Shown here: piece by piece, positions 25,291 through 38,500 of the stretch | Position numbering within the stretch: the first letter of the stretch is position 1 | Layout: each line of letters opens with the position of its first letter | Origin: Felis catus | Taxonomy: Eukaryota | NCBI RefSeq assembly: GCF_018350175.1 | Contig: NC_058368.1 | Span: forward strand, 141,176,001 to 141,240,000 | DNA length: 64,000 nt | Reading direction: 5' to 3' | Translations under genes and position numbers: made by a program | The notes under the pieces: generated by a model | Told to the model about the DNA's origin: nothing | The model's database searches: none | Seen by the model: the letters and a program-made list of their open reading frames with translations, nothing else

Positions 25291-28200
25291 CAGAGACTGG
25301 CAGCAGGAATTTGAGGGGAGGGTCAGAACCACCTACTGGGCCCTGAAAGTTCTGAGCAGCAGAGTTGCCAGGAGATGCTCTAGGGTGACCAGAATCAAAG
25401 CAAGGGGAGGCCTGGAGGCTGATGTGAGGGCAGAGCCCATGGTGAGGGCCCCATGGCTGACAGAGACAGAAGGAAGCGTGTTAGATGTGTTGAGGGCAAG
25501 GGAGCCTGAGGAGTGGATGAGACAGGAGAGCAGAACGAGACAGGCACGTGCGTCCTCATAGTCCGTACTGGTGCCTTTTGGACTGAAAGCCAGAGGGCAG
25601 GCTTGGGCCTATTAAAAAGGCAAAAGTGATACACAACCTTTGCTTGCTCAGAGGAATAAAGAAAGAATTTGGCGGGGGAATGGAGGGTGGACAGGGAACA
25701 CCTTGAGAGGATTCAGTACTAAAGTCAGAGGCAATGGGTCAGCAGGCACAGTTGATTAAGGGCATTTAAAAATGAGTCTTCCTGAGCCTACAGCTCCCTT
25801 TGGTAATGGAAATGGTCTTTACCAGGGAGTCGCCCCTCTCCATAGAAGTGAAGTCATATTTGCTTTGAGCTGTGCGTGTGTGTTCACCTGGGTGAACACT
25901 CAGTACTGATGATGGCAGGGAGGAAGGGATTCCAAATACGAAGTCATTGAAGTGGGGGAAGATTCAGACTTTGAGCTTGTTTTTTGGAAGGTGGAAGTTA
26001 AGGAAGCCCCACACAGTGGCCCAGACACTCACGAACACACACACTTGACTTTCTTCTTCTTAGTCCTGGCAGCCGCCCTGTTAGTATGGACAACCAGGAC
26101 CCGAGCAGGGATTGGTGGAGACTGGATCATGTGTTTTTGCGAAATCAGAACCACACCCAGAAACTCGTGACAGAAAAGTGCAGTCGGAATTCTCTAAATT
26201 CTGGAGCATGATGGAAGAACATGGCCCTCGGCGTGCCAGGGGGGAAATGAAGTCTCAGTCCTGACTCCGCTACTTAAAATTTGTGTGATTTTTAGGCAGT
26301 GTGCTTCAGTTGCATTTATTTATTGAATACCTTATAGGTCCTGGGAAGAAATTGGTGAGGAAGACAGACTCTGTGTCCTCAGGAAACTCGGTTTTGCCAA
26401 GGAGAAAGGAGTGATACAGTAAATGCTATGCAGTAGGGGAGGGTGCTGAGGAGAGCAATCTGGGGGTGCCGGGGTGCAGCTGGGCTTGGACAGCCCTCAT
26501 GGTGGGGGCATTTGAGCAGCTGTGCCTGGCAGGTGGGGCAGCAAGGGTTTTTTCCAGGTCAGCTGCTTTTCTTCCTGACTTCTCACTTGCTTCCTGTTTG
26601 GGGGAAGCTCTAAAACTCAAGGGCAGGTTCTCTAGCAAACCTCCCGAAGCTGCAAATACCTTGCAGTGTGGCAGTCAGCTGCGGGGAACATGGTGCAGGG
26701 ACGGGCAAATTAGCCAGCCTCAACTGCCTTGATTTCTCTCCCGATTTTGTCTTTCATCTGCCTGACCTGCACCAGCTGGTTTGCATCTTGGAGTTGCCTC
26801 TCCATTGAAACGAGGCCAGGCTTTGGGGGGGTTTTTTGGTCCGTTTTTTTTTTTTTTTTTTTTTTTTTTTTGGTTCATCGTGACATATTTTTCCCACTTG
26901 TTTTCAGTGCTCTAGTTCCTACTCATGGCAGCGTCTTTGTTTTGGTTTTGCTAAATCTGTTCTTATCTATCCAGAAAGTAGACAAACCAGATGTTTGATT
27001 TTTTGTTTTCCCGAGTCCTAAATCTGTGTGAATTCTTCACTCAGAAACCTACAGTGTGGTTGGTGCCTACAGGTAAAAAAAGCAAGGGGTGGGGAGGGGC
27101 GCATTCCTTCCGGGATCCTCTAAGGGACTGAACCCAGCCCTCCCAGTCTAAAGTTTCTCCGCTGTTGTACCTTTGTGACCTGGCCTCCATTCCTTTGATT
27201 CTCTTGTCCCCTATGTCTGGAATTTCTTCTCCCAACACAGTCTTAACATCCTCCTGTTTTTCATGACCTGCTTGCCTCCTTGATCCCTCTGCCCTAAAAC
27301 CAGAAGTACTTTTTCCTTTCTCTTAGCTTCAAAGTTTGAGGGAAAAATCTATCAACCAGAATTCTGTATCTCATTAAACTGTCAGACAAAAGCGAGCGAT
27401 AGACATGTGGAGACCAACAGAGACTCGAGTTTGCCACTCACACACCCTTTCCATTCACAATGAAAAGATACAGTCAGGGGCCAACCGTGTGAGTTTGAGA
27501 TTAATTTAAGTGAAAGTATTTACACGACAGAATCAGCAAATGCTACAAATAGGGCTTTTTTTTTCCCCCCCTAGAGAGCCAACTTTTCTGTGAATTGGTT
27601 AGCCTGCTGCATGTATTTGCATGTGTTTGTTACCATGTGTGGACGTGTGTGCACACAAGTGTTTGACACGTGGTAAACACTAGATGGTTAAATCTGCACT
27701 CTCGGTCAGCATTCCTTCCTCCCTGGGCCTTTGGGGAAAGCAGTGTGGTCAGAGCAGCTAGGAAGTGTCTCTCTTCGCATTCTTGTCTCATCCTCTTCTC
27801 CTCCTGGGTGCTGGCATTATGCTACCTGTGACCCCCTCCTTTGCTTGCTTTGTGGCCTTGGCAGACTTCTTGACTGCCTGGACTCAGAACTAATACACTA
27901 ACTGAGGATGTGTGCCTCTGTGCTTGCTCAGAGTTCACTCTTTGAAGTGGAGCATCTTGGCTCAGTTACAGAGTCATCAGTATGTGGTCTCCTGTTGATG
28001 TTCATAAATACCCTTTGACAAACTGGTGAAATGTAGGCAGTAAGGCTCCCATGTTAAAAACAGAACTCTGCAAACTGGTGCGCCTGTGAATATGCCTGCC
28101 GCGTGTTTACCTCTGCTGGTCGCTGCCTTGCGCCCGCCCTCAGAGCCAGCAAGGAGACCTTCTACCGTTCTGTTGGGCTAGCTGACCTGGCTTGGACACA

Positions 28201-28689
28201 GAGGCCAAGGTCAGATGACTGGGAGCACAGACTAAGAAGGAAAAGGCAAGCCAAGAGACAGGAAGCTAAGTGTAGGTCAGGACTGAGGGAGCTGGTAACC
28301 CAAGGCCCTCAGCTGGTGTTGGAGGTGGAGTGTGCTACAGTGAAGTAGGGCTGGGAGGAGGTGGGTAGAGATGTGACAGGCAGGGGTCTTGAAGACGGTC
28401 AACCAAACTTGCACCACTTCTCCTGGGCCCTGCCTCAGATGGCAGCTTCCTGCTGAGCTGGGTTAGGCCGAGGTTAAAATGTTGGATGCAGGCCAGGGAC
28501 TCTTGGGGCCATAGAAGAAGACGGTAGGGTCTTTCCTGTCATGGCAGGAAAAGGATATGTTCTAGGTCGAGTGTCGATTCGAAAATTATGTACTGTTACT
28601 CAGTGACCATTGCCTGTCTCCCCCTAAGGTCACTCCTGTGAAAGTGACTAGCAGAGTCACTAGCAGAGAGAGGGGGGCTTGAGGAGTGT

Positions 28690-29070
28690 TCCCATCATCT
28701 TGTGATGTTCTCTTGGCAAAGTTGAAAAAGGCCTATATAACCTGTACCCCTTTGCTTCCTTAGATTTCCCACCTCCTTACGGTGAAGTGGGACCATGTGA
28801 CCAGGTCTGGCCGCTGGGCTGAGGGAAGGCAGTGTGTGTAACTTACAGGCTGAGACCTTAAAAACCCATGCCCGAGTCTCCTGTGACTTTCCCCCTGCCT
28901 TTCTCTTGGCCTGGACTGCTAAGTAACCACAAGGAGGAATTGCCTTGGAAGGTCGCCTCACACCATAGTGAATTTGGTATGAATAAAAAAATAAACCTTT
29001 ATAATATTAGGCCACTGAGATTTTGGGTCTCTTTGATACCACAGTATAATCTAGCCTATTGTAATTCACA
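28690..29070 (+). mobile_element. Old MaLR LTR (MLT1-like) fragment
   Basis: 3' motif aataaacctttataatattaggccactgagattttggg...ccacagtataatctagcct resembles MLT1 ends. Confidence 0.45.
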
Positions 29071-29991
29071 TGGCTAAAATAATGAAATGGATTTTGAGAA
29101 TTAAATGAGAAAATACTGTTAAGCTCCTACCACTGTACCAAACATGTAAGTCATTTTAACATGTCAGTTTATCAGCCTTCTCAACCCTGGGCCTGTTACC
29201 TCATTAGCGCCAAAAATAAATAAAGCGATAAAGTAATAGTTACCTCCCCAAAATAAAAGAAATAAAATACATGAAAAATTTTACCTCATGCCAATGAAGT
29301 AATAAGCTTCAGGGGTTTTTCCTTCCCTCTTCTTCTGAGTTGTGATCAGAAGTCATTGAGAACGTCTTTGTCCTCCTTTAGAACACTTCTTCCTCTACGT
29401 TCAAATCTTGCAGTCCCCTGGAGGTAACATACTGAGCTTATTTGATAGTTCCAGCAAAAGCATCGTATTTTCTAAAGACATAAAATGCATGGCAGAAAGG
29501 ATCATAGTTTAAAAGATTTGCCAGTGTTGACAATAATGCAAAGACTGTATTTCAGAATTACTCCAAATGAGTCATTATTTCCTTACCTATAAAGAAAATG
29601 TAATTGACTTTCTTTTTAATGTTGATATTAAAAACCCACAAATGCCACCTCTCAGGGCTTTTATCCCACCAAGAGACCTATGTAAAAAAGTGACTTGACC
29701 TGTGTCATGTCTAAATTCAGTAACATAAAAAGCTGAAATGTAATTGGGTCCTCTGGGCCTAAATGAATAGGAGACAATAATGAGAATAATTTCCTTGAAG
29801 AGAATCTAGTCATTTGTGTGCCAACAGTCATTACACTGTTCCACAGGATTTGTTCTGGAGAGATTTCATCAGGAATATATTGTGAGCTCTTAGTCAACAG
29901 AGGAAAAAAAAAAAAAAAAGCAAGCTATCTATGTAAGTACTTCATGCACATGGTGGTTATTTACAAAGTTATACAGAAATGAATGGGTTAT

Positions 29992-30213
29992 GGGGCACCT
30001 GGGTGGCTCATTCGGTTAAGCGTCTGACTTCAGCTCGTCTGACTTCATGATCTCGCGGTCTGTGAGTTCAAGCCCTGCATTGTGCTCTTTGCTGACAGCT
30101 CAGCGCCTGGAACCTACTTCTGATTCTGTGTCTCCCACTCTCTCTGCCCTCCCCTGCTCATGCTCTGTCTCCCCAATCTCAAAAATGAATAAATGTTAAA
30201 AAAAAAAAAAAAA
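29992..30213 (+). mobile_element. CanSINE
   Basis: TSD agaaatg(a/t)atgggt; small internal duplication cgtctgacttca. Confidence 0.9.
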
Positions 30214-30617
30214 GAAATGTATGGGTAGAGAGTGAATTATTTTTTTGGATGGTCTGTGCCCTTCCAGCAAGGATCCTTCTCCCTATCCCTTAGCCTTCCA
30301 AAGTGAGTCACTTCTTATTTTATTCCTTTCAAACTTTATACTACTTATTTCATTTATTTTCTGCCCCTGGATGACCACTTTGGGAGCCAGTTTTGCTGGA
30401 GAAACCATTCACAGGTGGCCTGTTGGAGGAGAGCTTACATATGTGGTGGGTGCAGTGAATCCAAAAGAGGGCACAGAGACCGTGAAGAGATACCCTAGAT
30501 TATCAGTCAAATTTATCTTACCGTACCAAATTGGTTTTGCTTCTTAATTATTAGCTTTAAAATAAAATTCTAGCAGTTACACTGCTTTTGAAGGGCCATG
30601 TCTGGTTCAGACAAAAA

Positions 30618-30846
30618 CTTTTTATTTATTTTTTAATATTTTTTTTTAGTGCTTATTTTTGAGAGAGAGCAAGAGAAAAAGTGTAAATGAGGGTGGGCAG
30701 AAAGAGAGGAAGACACAGAATCTGAAGCAGGCTCCAGGCTCTGAGCTGTCAGCACAGAGCCTGATGTGGGCTTGAACTCACGAACCACAGATTGTGACCT
30801 GAGCCAAAGTTGGTCGCTTAACCAACTGAGCCATCCCGGTGGCCCC
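30618..30846 (-). mobile_element. CanSINE
   Basis: TSD aaaaacttttt. Confidence 0.88.
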
Positions 30847-32386
30847 TAAAAACTTTTTAGGGTAGAGCTGGGTGGCCGGTGGGATGCAGAGTCCTAGTGA
30901 CACAGGAGGTCTGGTGCTGGTCCTTTTTCAATGGAGTCATTCTTGGGGCTGTGCATATATGCTGGGTCTGCTACCAGCAGTAACGCTTTGCAGTATATTG
31001 TTTTGTCTAAAGGGAAGAAGCATGAGGTCTCATGTTCTTTGACCTGAAGGTAGCAGCAAAACATGGAAGGAACTTGTTACTGGTCCATGGGTTCCGGGAC
31101 TTGAGGCCCTGGGCTGTTATGAGTTGTGCCAGGCCTATTGGATGGACCCACTGTCCAGAAGCTGCCTTTCCAAGCGGAACCTACTACAGAGGACCAAGAA
31201 CCTCACTTGAGCCGTCATCTGAGGGCTTTGAGTTTTATGCTGGCTAGTTTGGTAAAAGACCAAAGCCCCCCAGCAGCTTTGCTTCATGCAATGATGCTAG
31301 GGTTGAGGGATCAACTTTAAAGAGAAAAGTGTGAACAGTTCAGTCATGTTTTGGAGAAGATACAGACCATGCCCACCAGGAATCAAGCATGGAGGAAAAG
31401 GAAGAAAGGAGAAAGGGAAACTTTTAGTTTTCAAAATTATAGCCTAATGAGAGCTCTGCTGTTATTAACTGATAAAGCCTTGTCTCGGTCCTTGGTTTAT
31501 TACTGAGTTATTTCCCGCCCTGTGGATTTTTATGCTTGCTGAAGGTGTTCCATAGGATTGACAGGGACCGAACTAGTGTGTAGACTGCAGGATAAACTTC
31601 CAAGTGGTGGCACAATGACTACACCTTCTTGGAGAAAAACAAAATTGGATCCATAGAGGTGAGGCCAAGACCCTTGGTCCAGTAATCTAGAGAAAAATCC
31701 CTCTTAGAAATCCAAACACAGTAATTAAAGACAAATATTTGCTCTATGCTTACAGCTGAAGCAGTGAGATGGCTTTGGCCGCTGAACACCTAAGCTCATT
31801 CCTGGAGTGAGTCACGGTTTGCCTCTTGGCGTGCTATGGGGTTCCTTAGTTGATTTGAAGAGGTCCAATTGAAATGAGTTTATTCATGGTAAACATGGGC
31901 AAGAATAAGCTGTTTATTCCTCATATAAAATGAAGATAAGGAAATGAAGATCTAAATAAAGGAACAGATCTTAAAACCATAGAGATGTTGTAGTTCTCAC
32001 ATTTAAGAAAAACCTGTACTCAAGATTTCAGAATAATAATTGTCTAGCATGGTGCCGAGCACATAGTAGGTGCTCAGAAAATAATGTTTTTCTCCCATAA
32101 AACGGTACTTGTTTATTATAAAAACCCATACTTAAAAACAACCTGAAATCCACTACTTCATATTTGATGCTATCCCTCCAAGACATTTTCAGCAGGTATA
32201 AATGTATATATTCTTACACAAAACCAGGATTATGCTGTGTATGATGTTTTATTTTCTCCATGTCAGTAAACTGAATCCTTACGGTTAGGGTCTATAAAGT
32301 GGCATAAGGTAATATTCTGAGGAAGGAAGAATTCGTCACTCCTGGTAGTTTGACTCGACACATCTCATGTTTTGTCCTTTATTCAG

Positions 32387-32446
32387 CAGGTTTCTTCTGC
32401 GGAGGTACGCATTGGGCCCATGAGACTGACGCAGGATCCTATTCAG
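32387..32446 (+). CDS. PDE8B: PDE8B coding exon (probably exon 2), [20 protein letters not shown], phase 0 to 0
   Basis: Acceptor tttgtcctttattcag|CAG and donor ATTCAG|gtatgc; 60 nt; peptide matches remembered PDE8B sequence just upstream of the REC-like domain. Not called in this frame by the ORF track. Confidence 0.93.
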
Positions 32447-33869
32447 GTATGCCTCCATTACTCAGCTGGGGCTTTGTTCCTGGAGGGGCTCTTTCAGTAT
32501 TACAGCACGTAGCCATCCTTGCCCCTCCAAACACACCTGTACATGCATACAGACTGTGTATATATGTCTTTGTGAAACTGCTGACTTTTCATAATGTCAT
32601 ACTTGAGGAATCAAATTGTTTGCTTGAGGATTTAAACACTGCCCCGCCTTGAGTATAAATACAGGAGGTAGGTTGCGTGGTGGGTTGGGAGGGAGGACAA
32701 CTCTCACTAAAAACGTGGACTGCTCACACCCTGCAGCAGTCAGAAAGGGAAGAAGCTATGTGTAGCAAGCGTCAGGGCTTTTGCCATGAGCCACAGGTGG
32801 ATGTGAATCTTGGCTCTACCAGCCAGGTCACTAAGCTATGTGACCTTGCTTATATTGCTTGACTTCTCTACCCAGTGCCCTGTCTGTAGAGATGATAATT
32901 CCCCTCTCTCATGGGGAATTAGGGGTTAAATTAAATGGCACTGAGTGCCTAGAAGACTGTTTGGCTGTAGAGGTCTCAGTAAATGACAACTATTGTTGGC
33001 TGGGAAGAAAAGATGACAGGAGGCTCCTCTTTCTTGTCCCCTGTGTCTTGAGCCATGTGTTCGTCTGGACTCTTTAGCACTGAGCGAGCTCCAGGAAGAG
33101 AAGGCCCAGGGTCTATGGCATTCACCTGACTCTAAAAATGGCAGCAGCTTTGCAGTCATCCTCCCCACAGCCCTCAGGGTCTATTGGCCACTTCAGAGGA
33201 ACATGGGTGGAGGGATTGGTACCCTTTTAAACCAACAGTGGTTATTGTTAAATCTCCATCTGCATACACATCTTCCCGATAGGCCTAAATGAGCAAGCCT
33301 TCTCCCTATAAAAAAGTAGCTTGTTAACACCTGGAAGCTTGTGCATTGGGAAAATTACTTGGGAAAAGTGCATAATGCAGAAAAAAAAAATGTAAGCAAA
33401 CCAAACATGTAGATGAAAGTGAAAAACCAAACAAGGAAATGTACTGTTTGATTTATGAGCAAATGGAAAAGAAAATAATGTTTTATTGTTGCTTAGGAAA
33501 GGAAATACAAATCTAGGGAAAGGAAAAAAACAAAAGGAAGATATTTAGCTTGGGAAAATTGGATGAAAACAAATTTAGGAGTAGAGAGAGAAAAAAGAAT
33601 TTACTAAAATAAACATAAGCCACAACTATCTGTATAGAATACAAACAAGTGGAAAATTCCAGTCATCATTCTAGGGGCGTGTACTTTGTGCTCCATTTTG
33701 AATAAAGGCAATGACAAAGGATCTAATAATGGTGTTTATTCCCAAAGCAATTTCCAGAATGTTCCTTGAGATTAGTATAGTTTTGGAACAATTAGTTTAA
33801 TTTACCTTAATTTTTCCTCTCTGTTGTACTGGAAATTAATGATCATACTAAGGATGTCTCGACTTTTAA

Positions 33870-35545
33870 AAACATAATTTGTCAAATTGTAAAGTATTTC
33901 AAATACTCACTAAAGTACATGAGTATAGCTGTACCCCTTTTATTGAATATTAACATTATACTTTCTCTGTTTGAGTTTGTTCTCCAGAAATTAAAGATTA
34001 CCCTTAATTATCTTTCTGTATTGCTCCCCTCCAATCCTCACCTCCCTAAAAGTAACCACTCTTTGGAAATTGATTATGCTAGGTGTTTGTATATTTATTC
34101 TACATATGTGTGTGTCCATTCATAATAATTACTTTGCTTTTGAATATTTTAAAGCTTTATTTCAAAGGGGTCAGGCTATAGGTATCATTCTGAAATTTTT
34201 CTTCATTCATCATCTTTTGATGTCGTGTGTAAGAATCAGTTGTCCAATCTGAGGTCACAAAGATTGATTGCTTTGGTTTTTTCTAGGAGTTTTACCTCCT
34301 AAATTTAGCTCTATGGTTCTTCTGAGTTAATTTTTGTATATGATTTGAGGTAGGGCTTCATTCTTTTACATGTGGATATTGAGTTGTCACAGCACCACTT
34401 GTTAAAAAGAATATTCTTTCCCCCATTGAATTGTCTTGGCACCTTTGTCAAAAATGAACTGACCATAAGTGTGAAGGTTTATTTTCTGTATTCTCAATTC
34501 TGTTCCATTGGTATGTATGTTTGTCCTGTGCCAGTACCACACTATCTTGATTACTGTGCTGTGTGGTGTGAGTCCCCTAAATGATTGCAAATCATACAAC
34601 AGATTATAAATCTGGTTTTGGGTATTGCAACATTAACAATTTTGTCTCCCAGTTCATTAATACGATGTTTTTATTTATTTAGATTTTCTTTAACCTCTTT
34701 TAACAGTGTTTTATAGTGTATGTCTTTGGTATTTTAAATTTATTGTGTGATACTATGGTAAATGGAATTATTTCCTTAATTTCATTTTTGCATTATTCAT
34801 TACTAGTATATAGAAATAAAATGTATTTTTGTTTATCTTGTATTTTACAACCTTGCTGAGCTCCTTCATTAGCTCTTGGAGTTTTTTATGGGTTCTTGAG
34901 GATTGTCTATATACAGGGTCAGGCCGTTACTTCTTCCTTTCCAATCGGAATGCCTTTTGTTTCATTTTATTTGCCTCTTTGTCTTGTTAGAAACTCCAAA
35001 ATAATGGTGTGTTTAATTTTGTAAGAGACTTCGATATTTCTTCTCAAAGTGGGTTGTACTGTTTTATATTCCTACACACACTATGAGAGTTCTGGTTATT
35101 CCAAATCCGTGGTAATGACTCGTGTTTCAGTCTTCTAATTTTAGCTAATTATCTTATGGTGAATTAAATTTCTATTCCTCCATGACTAGTAATGTTGAGA
35201 ATTTTATTGGCTTATTGGCAATTCTTTTATCTTTTGTGAATGTTTGGTTAAGTCTTATTTTTAATTGGATTGACTTTTTATTAATGTCCATTTATTTTTG
35301 AGAGAGATAGAGCGCCCAAGTAGGGAAGGAGCAGAGAGAGAGGGAGACAGAGGATCTGAAGCAGTCTCTACACTGACAGCAGAGAGCCCAATGCAGGGCT
35401 TGAACCCATGAATCCTGAGATCGTGACCTGAGCTAAAGTCAAACACTTAACTGACTGAGCCATCCAGTCACCCCAATTAGATTGACTTCTAAAACATTAC
35501 TGAATTGTAGTTCATTATATATTCTTATTACAAGTCCTTTGTCAG
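33870..35545 (-). mobile_element. Older L1M ORF2 fragments that host the full-length L1
   Basis: ORF 34402..34599(-) TVIKIVWYWHRT...YGQFIFDKGAKTIQWGKEYSF is L1 ORF2p; host sequence appears to resume after 41990. Confidence 0.75.
35274..35474 (-). mobile_element. CanSINE nested in old L1
   Basis: TSD aatt(g/a)gattgactt. Confidence 0.88.
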
Positions 35546-35559
35546 ATTTTGAGAATATT

Positions 35560-38500
35560 GGAGGAGTTAAGACAGCAGAGTAGTAGGAGGACCCTGTGCT
35601 TGCCTTATCCCTCAAACACAGCTAGATAAATATTAAATCATTCTGAATACCCATGAAATGGATCTGAGGACTGAAAGAACAAACTGTACAACTAGAAGGA
35701 GAAAAGAGGCCACACTGTGGAATGGAGAGGATATGTGATTTGGGGGAGAAAAGAATCACCAGTGCTGCAGAGGGGAGGGATCCCTGATGAGGGAGGGAGG
35801 GAGAGGGAGAGAGTAAGAGAGAGAGGGAGGGAGAGAGAGGGACAGAAAGAACAGAGGGCATGGCATTGCACAAGAAAAGTACTTCCCTAAAACCGTTGGC
35901 AGGCAAAACGAAAGGGGCTGATGATTGCAAGTTTTTACAAGCCACGGAGCTCAAAGACTAAAGTTTTAGAAGTCTATGACATTGCTGGGTGGAGCCTGGT
36001 GGGCATAGTGGTGCTTCTATGGATAAGGAGGGCAGAGGGCCCAGAAGTGAACAGAATGGGCTCAGGATCCCTTGAGTCGCACTGGGAGAGACAGTTCCCC
36101 TTCCTGGAGTGCATTTGGGAGAGGTGGCACTGCCTCTCCAGGGACCACAGAGCTAGTGGGTGCCGTTGAACTGCCCCATTTATTAGCATACAATCAGAGA
36201 CACCTGCTGAGGGCAGCTAATTGGATGCCAGCCTTTTGCTTCACTTTACCATACACTCCAAGCCCCTTTGCGTTCATGTGATTGCCCTTCTGGGGCAAAT
36301 GGGCACGAGCCACAGTGCAGCAAGACCCTCCCTCAGAGGATCAACACAGGTCTGTGCTGTGCCCTGTCCCTAAGATTTGGAGATATGAAACACATCTGGC
36401 ATGCCTGATGTAAAACACAGGAGCACTGCACTGCTGGGTGGGCAGATGGCTTGGACCAGGTTGAAGGCAGGGATCTGATAGATGTCTGCAGCAAATTAGA
36501 GGAGATTGTTCACTCTTCTGTGAGGGCTTCCTGAAGAGTAGCGGGCATGAACTCTCCTCTCTGGGAGGAGAGAGCCAGCTGATGCCATTTTTACCCCTGC
36601 CCATTAGTATGGATTGACTTCAGTGAGTAGCATGGAGGCTTGAACTATTTACACCAAGCCTCATCCCCTGCTCTCCACAGGTGTTTGTGAACTAGGGCCT
36701 GAGAGAGCAGCTGCGGGCCCCAACCCCAGAAGATCTTTACAAACCCCTGCGTGCACCAAATCTGATCGTAGAGTGCTAAAAGCTTCAGCTCTGGGGGAAA
36801 TAGGATCTACCTTTTTGTAATAAGCAGACCAAAGCACACTTCGTTAAAACTTGCCACACAATGGACAAGGTCCGGACAATTCTTATGCAGGCAAAGAGAA
36901 ACTGTGCAGAGGACTGACCAGAGGGAAAGTGCAGCCAAAACACAATAGTGGAGTGCACACAGTATCCACCAGAAACACTTCCTGAAGCGGACAGTATAGG
37001 ACTTCTTCTTAATATAGACATTACTCTCAGGAGCAGGAAACATAATAGGTTTTCCTAACACACAGAAGACAGAGACCCAGATACAATACCAAGGTGGAGG
37101 AATTCACCCCAAAATAAAGAACAAAAGAGGTCATAGCCAGGGATCGAATCAAAACACATGTAATATGCCTGAACCAGAATTTAAACCAATAGTCATACAC
37201 TATTGGTTTGAGAAAAGCAATAGAAGACCCCAGTATAATTAAGGTACAAAACCGACTGAATGTAATGACTACAAGGATGGAAGAAACAGAGGAATGAATA
37301 AATGATATAGAAGATAAAATTATGGAAAACAATGAAGCTGAAAAGAAGAGGGAAAGAAGAATACTGGATCACGAATGTAGACTTAAAGAACTCAATAACC
37401 CCATAAAGTGTAATACCATTTGTTAGAAGAAGAGGGGTGGGAGAAGGGGGCAGAAAGTTTATTTGAGCAAATTATAGCTGAAGGCTAACCTCATCTGGGG
37501 AAGGAAACGGGCATCCAAATCCAGGAGGTTCAGAGAACTCCCATCAAAATCAACAAAAGAAGGCCAACACCAAGACTTATCATAGTAAAATTTGAAAAAT
37601 ACAGAGAGGAAAAGAAAGCAGCAAGGGAAAACAAATCCCCAACCTAAAAGGAAAGACTAATAAGATTTGCAGCAGATCTCTCCAGAGAAATTTGGCAGAC
37701 CAAAAGGGAGTGGAATGATATATTCAAGTTGCTGAATGGGAAAAATATGCATTCAAGAACATTTTATCCAGCAAGGCTGTCTGTCATTCAGAATAGAAGA
37801 AGAAATAAAGAGTTTCCCAGACAAACAAAAACTAAAAGAGTTCTTGACCACTAAACCAGCCTTACAAGAAATATTAAAGGGGACTCTTTGGGAAAGAAAA
37901 ACCAAAAGCAACAAAGACTAGAAAGGAACAGAAAATCTCCAGAAACAATGACTTTACTGGTAATACAATGGCACTACATTCATATCTATCAATAATAGAT
38001 ACTGCTGTGTAAGTGGACTAAATGTTCCAATCAAAAGACATAGGGTATCAGAATGGATAAGAAAACAAGATCTATCTATATGCTGCCCACAGCAGACTCA
38101 TTTTAGACCTAAAGACACCTGCAGATTGAAAATGAGGGGATGAAGAACCATTTATCATACTAAAGAACATCAAAAGAAAGCCAGAGTCGCCATACTTAAG
38201 CTAGATTTTAAACCAAAGACTATAACAAGAGATGAAAAAGGGCACTATATCATAATAAAGGGGGTCTATTCAACAGATCTATTATAAATATTTATGCCCC
38301 CAACTTGAAAGTACCCAAATACATAAATCAGTTAATAACAAACATAAACTCATTGATAACAATACAATAATAGTAACGGACTTTAATACCCCACTTAGAG
38401 CAATGAACAGATCATCTAAGTATAAAATCAACCAGGATACAATGGCTTTGAATGACACACTGGACCAGATAGGCAACCAATATATTCAGCATATTCCATC

